DNA of 64,000 bases, taken from contig CAVUAK010000001.1 in the NCBI GenBank assembly GCA_963739455.1, positions 352,001-416,000 of the forward strand. The letters are read 5' to 3'. Numbering within the stretch: position 1 is the first letter of the stretch; each line of letters opens with the position of its first letter. Position numbers and translations under genes: made by a program. The notes below the pieces were generated by a model, which worked only from the letters and a program-made list of their open reading frames with translations, was not told the origin of the DNA and ran no database searches. The DNA is from an uncultured Gemmatimonadales bacterium (lineage in GTDB: Bacteria; Gemmatimonadota; Gemmatimonadetes; Gemmatimonadales; GWC2-71-9). Positions 12,422-21,535 of this stretch are shown in pieces.

Positions 12422-13590
12422 ATGACCCAGATCCGCGACCACGACCTGACCCTCGGCTTTGCCACTCGAGCCGTGCACGCCGGCCAGCAGCCGGACCTCC
12501 TGTCCGGCGCCGTCATGACACCGATATACCAGACCTCGACCTATGCGCAGGAAGGCATTGGTCGTCACAAGGGCTACGAGTACGCGCGGACTCAGAACCC
12601 CACGCGCGAAGCGCTCGAGCGCAACATTGCCAGCCTCGAGGGTGGACAATTCGGCTTTGCGTTCGCGTCCGGCCTTGCGTCGCTCGATGCGATCCTCAAG
12701 CTCCTCAAGGCCGGTGATCATGTGATCTGCGGCGCCAACGTCTACGGCGGCTCGCATCGCCTCATGGAGCGGCTGTACACCAACTTCGGGCTGACGTTCA
12801 CCTTCGCCGACATGCGCGACATCAAGAATGTCGAACGCGCCATCACGCCCGCGACGCGACTCATCTTCGGCGAGACGCCCACCAACCCGATGATGCACCT
12901 CTCCGATCTCAGCGCGATCGGTGACGTGGCCCAATCGCATGGGCTTGTCTTTGCTGTGGACAATACATTCGCGACGCCCGTCTTCCAGCAGCCGCTCGGG
13001 CTGGGCGCGGATATCGTGCTCCACTCCACCACCAAGTACCTCAACGGTCATAGTGACATGATCGGGGGGATGCTCGTCGTCAATCGCGAGGATCTCGCCG
13101 AGCGGCTCGGCTTCATCCAGAACGCGTCGGGCGCCGTGCCAGGCCCGATGGATTGCTGGCTCTGCCTCCGCGGCACCAAGACGCTGCCGCTCCGCATGGC
13201 GCGTCACGATGCCAGCGGACGACAGATCGCGAAGTGGCTCACCGAGCGGAAGGACATCAGCACGGTCTACTATCCCGGCCTGCCCGATCCAACCCGCAGT
13301 TCGAGCTGGCGAAGCGGCAGATGAAGGGCTTCGGCGGCATGATCAGCTTCGACGTGAACGATGCGGCGCGCGCGCGCCGCGTCGCCGAGAAAGTGAAGAT
13401 CTTCGCGCTCGCCGAGTCACTCGGCGGGGTGGAGAGCCTTATCGGTCACCCGGCGTCCATGACCCACGCCGCCGTGCCGCAGGCGCAGCGCCTGGAAATG
13501 GGCCTCACCGACAGCCTGCTGCGATTGAGCGTTGGCGTGGAGGAAGTCGATGATCTGCTGGCGGATCTGGATCAGGCACTTCGGACGTGA
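12422..13590 (+). CDS. Cystathionine gamma-synthase/lyase, PLP-dependent transsulfuration family (frameshift near 13290)
   Basis: PIYQTST, YARTQNPTR, ETPTNP, DNTFATP, HSTTKYLNGHSD, AESLGGVESL, RLSVGVE. Confidence 0.9.
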
Positions 13591-13634
13591 AGACGTGATG
13601 TGGCAGTTACCTCACGTCTTCACGTCCTCACGTC
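13583..13634. repeat. Inverted octamer arrays forming a perfect 16-bp stem
   Basis: GGACGTGAAGACGTGA (13583-13598) is the exact reverse complement of TCACGTCTTCACGTCC (13612-13627); 13-nt loop; left arm contains the upstream gene's TGA. Confidence 0.9.
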
Positions 13635-13707
13635 TAATTGTACCATTTTGAAACGTTAGGGAACCTGATTATCGTACAGGCGCCTTCCCTGAATCGAGGT
13701 CAGTGCT

Positions 13708-14724
13708 ATGTCGTCGTCCATTCCCGTCGCCCGCTCGCGCCGCACCTTTCCCGGCATAGCCGCCGTCACCTGGGAGCACCCCGCCGACCGCGCGGCGCTC
13801 CAGGCCCTGCGCAGCGTGCCCGGCGCCGAGGAAGTCATCAAGAAGATCCTTGCCATGATCGGTGGCGAGCGCGGCATTCGCCTCCTGTTCCAGGGCAATG
13901 CCGTACGCGTCGGACCCGAGCAGTATCCGCGGATCTGGACCCTCCACACCGAGGTCTGCACCACCTTCGACTGGGACGTCGTGCCCGAGCTGTACGTCTC
14001 CCAGACGCCATTCGTGAACGCCGGTGCCTACGGCATCGACGAGCCGTTCATCGTCCTCAACTCGTCGGCCATCGAGCTCCTCACCGACGACGAGGTGCGC
14101 GTCCTCATCTCGCACGAGATGGGGCACGTCATGAGCGGCCATTCGCTCTACCGCACCATCGCGGCGATCCTGGCTCTCATCAGCCTCGGTGCACTCCCTG
14201 CCCTGGCAGGACTCGCCCTGCTGCCGGTCCGGCTCGCGTTCCTCGAGTGGTCCCGGAAGGCGGAGCTCTCCAGCGATCGCGCCGGCCTCGTTGGCAGCCA
14301 GGACATTCTCTCCACGCAGCGGCTCTTCATGAAGCTTGCGGGCGGCGGGCGGGGCGACCAGTTCGTGGGCCAGCTCAACGTCGATGCGTTCATTGCCCAG
14401 GCCAACGAGTACGCGACGTCCAACGAGGGCCTCGACATCGTCTACAAGGTGCTGGCTACGCTCGGCCTCACGCATCCGATGAGCACGGTGCGCGCCGGCG
14501 AGTTGCAGGCGTGGGTCGCCTCGGGAGACTACGAGCGCATCGTGCGCGGCGAGTACGTGCATCGCGGCGCTGAGGCGCGCGAGCGTCCGCTCAGGGACGA
14601 CTTCGCCGCGGCGGGCCGGCACTACGCCGCCGGCGCGCGCGACGTCGCGTCACAGGTGGCCGACGCCGCCAAGGGCGTGGCCGATCGGGTGGGAGAAGCG
14701 TTCCGGCAGGCCCAGAAGTCGTGA
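13708..14724 (+). CDS. M48-family zinc metallopeptidase
   Basis: NAGAYG, HEMGH, WSRKAELSSDRAG, THP motifs. Confidence 0.9.
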   Translation: MSSSIPVARSRRTFPGIAAVTWEHPADRAALQALRSVPGAEEVIKKILAMIGGERGIRLLFQGNAVRVGPEQYPRIWTLHTEVCTTFDWDVVPELYVSQTPFVNAGAYGIDEPFIVLNSSAIELLTDDEVRVLISHEMGHVMSGHSLYRTIAAILALISLGALPALAGLALLPVRLAFLEWSRKAELSSDRAGLVGSQDILSTQRLFMKLAGGGRGDQFVGQLNVDAFIAQANEYATSNEGLDIVYKVLATLGLTHPMSTVRAGELQAWVASGDYERIVRGEYVHRGAEARERPLRDDFAAAGRHYAAGARDVASQVADAAKGVADRVGEAFRQAQKS

Positions 14725-15995
14725 GGCTGCTAGTCGTAGGCGGTGGCGGGCGCGAACACGCACTATGCTGGGCCCTCCACCGCGAAAACCCGGACGTGAT
14801 CATCTGCTGCGCGCCCGGAAATCCTGGCACCGCTGAATTCGCCACCAACCTCGCCATTGCCGCCGACGACATCGATCGCATCGCCGATGCGACCGACATG
14901 TACGGCATTGACCTCGTCATCATCGGGCCCGAAGTGCCGCTGGCGCTCGGTCTGGCCGACCGGCTGCGTGCCGAGGGACGGCTCGTCACCGGGCCCGGCG
15001 CCGCGGCGGCGCGCATCGAGGCCTCGAAGGCGTTCTCCAAGGACGTGATGGCGGCCGCGGGCATTCCCACCGCGGCGAGCGAGACCTTCACTGATCTTCA
15101 GGCAGCACTCGCGTACGTCGCGAAGCACGCCGAACCACTGGTGGTGAAGGCCTCCGGCCTCGCGGCGGGCAAGGGTGCGATCGTCTGCGCCACGCGCGCG
15201 GAAGCGAAGGCGGCGGTGCAGTCGATGCTCGGCGATCGCCAGTTCGGTGACGCCGGCAGCGTCGTCGTCATCGAGGCCTTTCTCGAGGGTGAGGAAGTCT
15301 CGCTGCTCGGCTTGACCGACGGCCGGACCGTCGAGCTCCTTCCTGCAGCGCAGGATCACAAGCGCCTGCTCGAGGGAGACCAGGGGCCCAACACCGGCGG
15401 CATGGGCGCCTACGCACCAGTCTCCATCGCGACGCCCGCGCTGCTCGAGCGCGCGCGCAGGGAAGTCTTTGCGCCCTGCCTCGCGGAGCTCGCGCGACGC
15501 GGCGCGCCATTCACCGGTGTGCTCTACGCCGGCCTGATGGTGGCGCCCGACGGCACGCCCAACGTGGTCGAGTTCAACTGCCGCCTCGGTGATCCGGAGA
15601 CGGAAGTGGTGCTGCCCCTGGTGACGAATGGCCTTCTCGCCGCGTTCGAGGCCATCGCTCGCAGCGAGACACCGCCGCCGCTCGAGATCGCGCGCGACCG
15701 CTTTGCGGTGACCACGGTGCTGGCATCCGAGGGATATCCCGACAAGCCGATGAAGGGGCAGCCGATCGACTTCCCCGAGAGCTTCCCTCCCGGTGTCCTC
15801 GCGTTCCATGCCGGCACCACCCGAGACGTCCAGGGCGTGCTGCGCGTCAGCGGCGGTCGCGTGTTCGCCGTGACAGGCGTGGGCGCCACCTTCGAGGAGG
15901 CGCAGGCACGCAGCCGCAGCGGTGCCGAGGCGATTCACTACCAGGGCAAGGTCTATCGCAGCGACATCGGCTGGAGAGAGGTCGAGAGGCGTTAA
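14721..15995 (+). CDS. purD: Phosphoribosylamine--glycine ligase
   Basis: GGGGREHAL, APGNPG, GPEVPL, KASGLAAGKG, QDHKRL..GPNTGGMGAY, EFNCRLGDPE. Confidence 0.98.
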   Translation: MRLLVVGGGGREHALCWALHRENPDVIICCAPGNPGTAEFATNLAIAADDIDRIADATDMYGIDLVIIGPEVPLALGLADRLRAEGRLVTGPGAAAARIEASKAFSKDVMAAAGIPTAASETFTDLQAALAYVAKHAEPLVVKASGLAAGKGAIVCATRAEAKAAVQSMLGDRQFGDAGSVVVIEAFLEGEEVSLLGLTDGRTVELLPAAQDHKRLLEGDQGPNTGGMGAYAPVSIATPALLERARREVFAPCLAELARRGAPFTGVLYAGLMVAPDGTPNVVEFNCRLGDPETEVVLPLVTNGLLAAFEAIARSETPPPLEIARDRFAVTTVLASEGYPDKPMKGQPIDFPESFPPGVLAFHAGTTRDVQGVLRVSGGRVFAVTGVGATFEEAQARSRSGAEAIHYQGKVYRSDIGWREVERR

Positions 15996-16034
15996 GCGTT
16001 AAGCGTTAGGCGTTAGGCGTTAGGCGTTAGGCGT
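15989..16034 (+). repeat. 6.5 x heptamer GCGTTA(A/G)
   Basis: GCGTTAA x2, GCGTTAG x4, GCGT; provides the stop codons of both purD (15993-15995) and the convergent four-helix-bundle gene (16020-16022). Confidence 0.95.
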
Positions 16035-16385
16035 GGAAAGGAGGCTTCGCCGCAACCCGCCAAGCAAGCGGCCGGTTTCCTCGTTCCGATTCTCCAGCTC
16101 GGCGTGTGTCGCGTCGCTCAGGTATCCGAGTGCATGAGCAATGTCGAAGAGGCACGCAAGTTCGCCGAGAGACCCTGCCGCTATGCTGAGGTATCGTGCA
16201 AACTCGTTTCGACCGTGTCGTGCGGCCCCTTCGGCAATGTTTGCGCAGACTGAGACGGCCGCCCTTCGCGCCTGAGCTGTCAGGCCGAAGCGTTCATGTG
16301 AGGGCCACGGGCCTGAAACGCGATATACTTCAAGGGTCAGTGCACGGGCGTGTTGCCAGGAGACGAAACGTGAGTGGCGAGCCAT
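16020..16385 (-). CDS. Four-helix-bundle protein (23S rRNA intervening-sequence protein / TIGR02436-like family)
   Basis: Family signature WQ....VY...P..ERFGLTAQ.RRAAVSV.ANIAEG....EF.RYL.IA.GS..E; 121 aa; antisense to both neighbours. Confidence 0.9.
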   Translation of the reverse strand: MARHSRFVSWQHARALTLEVYRVSGPWPSHERFGLTAQARRAAVSVCANIAEGAARHGRNEFARYLSIAAGSLGELACLFDIAHALGYLSDATHAELENRNEETGRLLGGLRRSLLSTPNA

Positions 16386-16468
16386 GCTTGATCCTTACAT
16401 CAAATAGCAGGTCTTCATGCACCCTTTCTTCGCGACCTGGGGCATACTGCCGCGCTAGCATGTCACAA

Positions 16469-16493
16469 CCAACGCCTCACGACTAACGCCTAA
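16469..16493 (+). repeat. Degenerate heptamer array C(C/T)(A/C)ACG(C/A), inverted relative to 15989-16034
   Basis: CCAACGC CTCACGA CTAACGC CTAA, ending directly at the mutM GTG; reverse complement matches 16006-16030 at 22/25 positions. Confidence 0.8.
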
Positions 16494-17351
16494 GTGCCCG
16501 AACTGCCCGAGGTCGAGACCATCGTCCGCGACCTTCGTCCCCACCTGGTCGGTCGCACCATCCAGAGCGCGAAGCTGTCTCACGACGACGTTCTCCGCGG
16601 CGTCACGAAGCGGAAGCTCGTCGCGTCGCTCGCCGGGGCCCGAATTGTCGGCATGACACGCCGCGCCAAGCACGCGATCCTCGAGCTCGGCTTTCCACTT
16701 CACGTCCTTACGTCTTCACGTCCTCACGTCTTGTCATCCAACCCGGCATGACCGGCTCCCTCATGATCTCACGACAAGCCACTCACCCCAGCGGAGGCCG
16801 AAATACTGCCGTCCTCCGCGCCCCGCTCGACGACGGCCGGGAGCTGGTCTACCGCGACGTGCGCCGTCTGGGCACAATTCTGTTGCTCGACGAAAAGGGC
16901 TGGGCCGCTTACGACGCGGCCCTGGGCCCCGAACCCCTCGACCCCGAACTCACGCCCGCTCGCTTCGCCGCCATCATGGCGTCGTCGAAACAGGCGATCA
17001 AGAAGGTGCTGATGGACCAGCGGAAGATCGTCGGCGTCGGCAACATCTACGCGAACGAGGCGCTCTTCGCGGCGGGTATCGACCCGTCCAAGGCCGCGTC
17101 GCGACTCACGACCTCACGACTCACGACTCCTGCTCGACCCACACCCGCGCATCCTGGAGGCCGCGATCGCTCCCAGGGCACCACCTTCCGCGACTACCGC
17201 ACCGGCACCGGCGAGAAGGGCAACTTCCAGCTCGAGCTCTTCGTCTACGGTCGCGAGGGAGAGAAGTGCAAGGTGTGCGGCACACGGCTGGCCCACACGC
17301 ACGAGATCGACGCGCGCATGCACCGTCTTCTGCCACAAATGCCAGCAGTAG
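16494..17351 (+). CDS. mutM: Formamidopyrimidine-DNA glycosylase (several frameshifts, two at repeat arrays)
   Basis: MPELPEVET, RRAK, GMTG, DVRRLG, LGPEPL, DQ..VGVGNIYANE, GTTFRDY, VYGREG.C..C and, in a shifted frame, TVFCHKCQ ending TAG 17349-17351. Confidence 0.9.
16699..16730 (+). repeat. 4 x octamer (C/T)T(C/T)ACGTC inside mutM
   Basis: TTCACGTC CTTACGTC TTCACGTC CTCACGTC; coincides with a reading-frame break. Confidence 0.9.
17105..17126 (+). repeat. 3 x CTCACGA inside mutM
   Basis: CTCACGA C CTCACGA CTCACGA; same unit occurs at 16476-16482. Confidence 0.75.
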
Positions 17352-18449
17352 CCCGCGCTCCCACGCTCGCCCTGGCGTCCGCCGACCTGGAGCGGCTGCG
17401 CGTGCGCGTGCGCGCCCTCGCCGAGAACCGGCCCGGCGTGTATCGCATGCTCTCCGCGACGGGTCGCATCCTCTACGTCGGCAAGGCGCGGAAGATCCGC
17501 ACCCGTCTCCTGTCGTACTTTCGCGCCGACAACCACGACAAGGCCGCGCGCATCCTCCAGGCAGCCCACGACATCAAGTGGGACTACGCGCCCAGCGAGT
17601 TCGCGGCACTGCTCGGCGAGTTGCGCCTCATCCGGCAGCATCGCCCGCCGTACAACGTGCAGATGAACCGCACCCGTCGGGCACTGCTGATCAAGATCAG
17701 TGGCGGGGCGGCACCCCGCGTGTACGGTGGCGGCGCGGTGGTGGCCGAGGACCGTCTCGCCTACGGTCCCTTCGCGTCGATGGGACGGATGCTCGATGGG
17801 GTGCGGGTCCTCAACGACCTGCTCGGCCTGCGCGACTGCGCCGCGACGATGCCCATCGTCTTTGCGTCCCAGGGCGACCTCTTCGGTGCCCCGCGACACG
17901 CCGCCTGCATGCGCCACCAGTTCGGCACCTGCACCGGGCCCTGCGCCGGCTTCGTGAGCGAGGCCGACTATCGCTCGCGCGCCGAGGTCGCGGCCGCCTT
18001 CCTCGAGGGCCGCACCCTGACGCCGCTCGACCGCGCTGTCCACGCCATGACGGAGGCAGCCGCCGCAAACGACTTCGAGCGTGCCGCGCGCTGGCGCGAC
18101 AAGTTCGAGCAGCTCGAGTGGCTGCTCGCCGCCACCAGTCGCGCGCGCACCGCGATCGACTTGCTCACCTTCGTCTATCGCGACCCCGGCACCTTTGGCG
18201 ACGACCGCGCCTACGTCGTGCGCCGCGGTGTCGTGCGCGCCACCTATCCCTGGCCCGAGACACCCATCGAGCAGATGGCGTTCTCCGGCGTCGTGGCGCA
18301 CGAGAAGGAACAGCTCGCCGGGCCTGCCTGGCCCCTGCCACTCGAGTTCCTCGACGAGATTCTCCTGGTGTCAGCCTGGTTCCGGCAGGCACCCCGAGGC
18401 ACTCCGTCGTACCACGCCCCTCGAGGAGTTCAACGCGAACTGCCATTGA
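17339..18449 (+). CDS. UvrC N-terminal-like (Cho-like) GIY-YIG excinuclease with UVR domain (frameshift near 18388)
   Basis: PGVYRM..ILYVGKA..RTRLLSYF, E.RLI..HRPPYN, YGPF, LRDC..C....GTCTGPC, M..AA...DFERAARWRD; artificially fused to mutM in the ORF track. Confidence 0.85.
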
Positions 18450-18615
18450 TCCGCCACCGCACAACCGGCGGCCGGACGCAACAGACCGAAAAGCATTCTT
18501 CTGCACCGCTACAGCCCACTCCCAAGTCAGGCTCGCGCACGCCGCTTCCACTGCTGTCTCGAACCCCGACACCGTAGCACTTCCTGACGCTGAGGGGCCG
18601 GTGCCACGAAATTCC

Positions 18616-18632
18616 TTGGCATCTCCCCTGCC
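18616..18632 (+). promoter_or_regulatory. Candidate sigma-54 (-24/-12) promoter for the M23 peptidase
   Basis: TTGGCATCTCCCCTGC: GG(18618-19)-N10-GC(18630-31). Confidence 0.4.
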
Positions 18633-18646
18633 CCTGTTTCCGGGCA

Positions 18647-19652
18647 ATGAGATACCTCCTGCGGTTCATCCTGCAGTTCGTGGCCGTCACCTGCCTCCTC
18701 CTCGTGGCGCAACCAGCGCGCGCGGATTCGCCGGGTCGGCGCGAGCCTGCCCGCGTCACCGTCTATCCGGTGAGCCGGGTGCGTGAGGGCGGCTGGTACC
18801 TGCAGCGGATCAGCGATCCAGGGCGAGTTCCAGCCGTCGATCGGTGCATCGCTCGAGGAAGCACTGCCCGACAGCCTGCTCAATGACCATGAGCGGCACG
18901 TCATGGCGTGGGATATGGCGGGGCTGCTGCGCTGGGACGTGGACTTTGCGCGCGGCATGGACGCCGGCGATCGCTACTCGATCGTCTTCGAGCGCTTCCT
19001 GGGCGACAACGGCGAGGTGCGCTACGGACGGCTGCTGGCCGCCGAGCTGCTGGTGAGCGGGCGACAGGTGTCGATCTACGCCTTCGATGCGCCCGACGGC
19101 CGCATCGTCTACTTCGATGGTGAGGGACGTTCACTCGAGCGCAGCTACCTGAGCGCCCCGGTGGACTTCCAGAGGATCAGCAGCGGCTTCTCGCGCTCAC
19201 GCTATCACCCGGTGCTGCATCGCTGGCGGAAGCACGAGGGCATCGACTACGCCGCCGACCCAGGCACGCCGGTGCGGACCATCGCCGATGGTGTGGTGGT
19301 GCGTGCCGGATGGTCGGGTGGGTATGGTCGCATGGTCGAGATCCGCCATGCCAACGGGATCGTGACGCGTTACGGTCACCTGAGCGCGTTCGCGGCAGGG
19401 CTCCAGCCGCGCATGTCGGTGCCCCAGGGCGCGGTCATCGGCGCTGTCGGTTCATCCGGTCTCGCCACCGGACCGCATCTTCACTTCGAGCTGCGCATCA
19501 ATGGCGTCGCCACCGACCCGCGCTTCATGCCGCGCGAGGGTGGCAAGCCGATCGCCGAGGACGATCGTGTTTCGTTCACGATCCAGCGCCAGAAGCTCCG
19601 AGGTCTCATGGACGAACCCCCCGTCACAACTCTTTCCGCAAACACGCACTAG
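18647..19652 (+). CDS. M23-family peptidoglycan endopeptidase, MepM-like (frameshift near 18780)
   Basis: Signal peptide; HEGIDYAA, GGYG, YGHL, TGPHLHFE motifs. Confidence 0.88.
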
Positions 19653-19656
19653 CTCC

Positions 19657-19699
19657 CTCACGTCCTCACGTCCTCACGTCTTCACGTCTTCACGTCTTC
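19657..19699 (+). repeat. 5 x octamer (C/T)TCACGTC between convergent genes
   Basis: CTCACGTC x3, TTCACGTC x2; contains the TGA of 19690..20334. Confidence 0.95.
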
Positions 19700-20334
19700 G
19701 GCACCACCACCAAACCCCATCTGGCCGGCAACATCTCGATTCGACTCGCCCGTTCCCCGTCGTGTGGCGCTGGCCACGAATACCATGCACTCGGGTCGTT
19801 GTCATAGCTGCGGAACGCGATCGTCGCCTGGCGCGACGTCTCGTCGATGAACCACGCCACCGGTAGCAAGAGCTCCACGCTCCATCCCGCCGCGTCCGAA
19901 CTCGACTGCACCTCCCAGCCATCGATGCTTCTCGCCTTCCCCAGTCGCCAGTCGGGGTCATCGCTCGGTGGCATCCAGCGCCCGTGACGGCCCTGATTGG
20001 CAACGCTGCTGTCGAGCATGCGGCGCAGGTACCACTGCGTGTCATCGTGCCCCGGTCCCGGGGTTCCGTCGCCCAGCGGATCGATGCTCACCACGAAGTC
20101 ATCGCCCCAGTAGTACGTCGAGTCGGTCATGCGGGCAGCGACATATGCCGAGTCGCCGTGTCGAACGAGCCAGACCTCGACCTTGCCCTGCGCCGTCGGG
20201 ATCACAACGCTCGGCGTGCCATACTCGGCGGCGGACGCAGCCCCATCGAAGCGAACTGAGCTCGGCGCATCGCGCATGCGCAGCGTGTCCGCGTGCTGAA
20301 GTGCAGTGAGGGCGATCAGGGTCGTCAGCAGCAT
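19690..20334 (-). CDS. Secreted hypothetical protein (Trp-rich, possibly DOMON/CBM9-like beta-sandwich)
   Basis: Signal-like N-terminus; FDG....EY, D.FVVSIDP..DG and WSVELLLP patterns. Confidence 0.6.
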   Translation of the reverse strand: MLLTTLIALTALQHADTLRMRDAPSSVRFDGAASAAEYGTPSVVIPTAQGKVEVWLVRHGDSAYVAARMTDSTYYWGDDFVVSIDPLGDGTPGPGHDDTQWYLRRMLDSSVANQGRHGRWMPPSDDPDWRLGKARSIDGWEVQSSSDAAGWSVELLLPVAWFIDETSRQATIAFRSYDNDPSAWYSWPAPHDGERASRIEMLPARWGLVVVPKT

Positions 20335-20354
20335 TGTCCTCAGGGGTTACAGAT

Positions 20355-20381
20355 TGAAACAAATGGGCTCGCCAGTGCGTC
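20355..20381 (+). promoter_or_regulatory. Candidate ECF sigma promoter TGAAAC-N17-CGTC
   Basis: Matches the SigW/SigM-type consensus; lies about 30 nt upstream of the ATG at 20414. Confidence 0.5.
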
Positions 20382-20413
20382 AGGCCGCCATCCCTCAGAC
20401 CGCGGTCACCATC

Positions 20414-20863
20414 ATGCGCGCATCGATCCTGGCCCTGACATTGGGTCTCGCCGCCGTCCCTGCGGCAGCACAGAATACGTCAGCGGCCCCTGCCACCGCC
20501 CCGGCAGCAGAACTCAACAACACCCAGTGGATCCTTCTGGGTCGCCAGGTCACCGAGTGGTTCATGATCGGCCAGACCGACAGTCTCCTCGCTCATTCCT
20601 CGCCCGATGTGCTTGAACGCATGGGTGGCGCCAAGGGACTGCTCGAGGCCCGGGACGAGCTGGCCTCGCGTGTTGGCTCCGAGGTCGAGGTGATCACCGA
20701 CAAGATGACCAAGCGGAAGGGAAATCCACAGTACTGGCGGGAATCGAGGTACGAGAATGCACCGGAGCCCATTGTGCTACGATTCGTCTTCAACGCGCAG
20801 GCCCAGATCATCGGCATCGGGATGAGCCCGTTGAGCCAGGTTCCGGCTCCCGATCCATCATAG
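20414..20863 (+). CDS. Secreted hypothetical protein
   Basis: Signal peptide MRASILALTLGLAAVPAAAQ; good codon pattern. Confidence 0.65.
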   Translation: MRASILALTLGLAAVPAAAQNTSAAPATAPAAELNNTQWILLGRQVTEWFMIGQTDSLLAHSSPDVLERMGGAKGLLEARDELASRVGSEVEVITDKMTKRKGNPQYWRESRYENAPEPIVLRFVFNAQAQIIGIGMSPLSQVPAPDPS

Positions 20864-20874
20864 CGTTCAGCGAC

Positions 20875-21465
20875 GTGGAGGGCCCCATCCGCAAGCTGGG
20901 CTGGACCACCATGACGGTCCTGGCGCTGGGCGTGGCGATCTACGCGATTGCCGTGCTGGCGCTGCCTGCGTTTGGCCCACCCTTCATTCACGAGCGGCGC
21001 GCCATCATGCCGCTCGCTGTCTGGGCGCACCTTGCTGGTGGAAGCCTCGCCCTCGCCCTCGGTCCCTGGCAGTTCCTCCCCAGCATTCGCGCCAATGCCG
21101 TTGCGGTTCATCGCTGGACCGGACGAGCCTATCTCGTGGCGGTCCTGGTGGGTGGGCTCGGCGGGATGGCCCTGGCGCCGCAATCCCAATACGGACTCGT
21201 GACGCACGTGGGATTTGGCTTTCTGGCCCTCCTCTGGCTGGGCGCCACCGGACAGGCATACTGGTCTATTCGTCAGCGCGACGTCGCGGCGCACCAGCGG
21301 TGGATGACGCGGAGCTATGCCCTCACGCTCGCCGCCGTCACCCTGCGCATCTGGCTGCCCCTGAGCCAGGCGGCTGGTATCCCGTTCGCTGACGCCTATC
21401 AGGTAGTGGCGTGGCTCTGCTGGGTGCCCAACCTGGTGATCGCGGAGTGGCTGATCATCCGGTAG
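20875..21465 (+). CDS. DUF2306-like membrane protein
   Basis: H..GG.LAL..GPWQF, HRW.GRAY, H.RWM.RSYALT.AAVTLR, W.CWVPNL. Confidence 0.85.
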   Translation: MEGPIRKLGWTTMTVLALGVAIYAIAVLALPAFGPPFIHERRAIMPLAVWAHLAGGSLALALGPWQFLPSIRANAVAVHRWTGRAYLVAVLVGGLGGMALAPQSQYGLVTHVGFGFLALLWLGATGQAYWSIRQRDVAAHQRWMTRSYALTLAAVTLRIWLPLSQAAGIPFADAYQVVAWLCWVPNLVIAEWLIIR

Positions 21466-21535
21466 CGCGCTACGCGTTCTCCAGTGGCCAGTGAATATTG
21501 AAGGAGGAAGCCACTCCACAACCACCGAGATCCTC

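Noticed and set aside
16020..16385. Four-helix-bundle gene as part of a 23S rRNA IVS or a diversity-generating retroelement
   Set aside because: No rRNA sequence, reverse transcriptase or TR/VR pair is visible in the window.
16748..18577. 609-aa MutM-UvrC fusion in the ORF track
   Set aside because: The MutM zinc-finger end (TVFCHKCQ, TAG 17349-17351) is present in another frame, and the nuclease has its own ATG at 17339. The fusion is an indel artefact.
18450..18646. c-di-AMP (ydaO) riboswitch before the M23 peptidase
   Set aside because: The conserved GCTGAA / GGGGAACC / CAGCTAAC elements are not recognisable.
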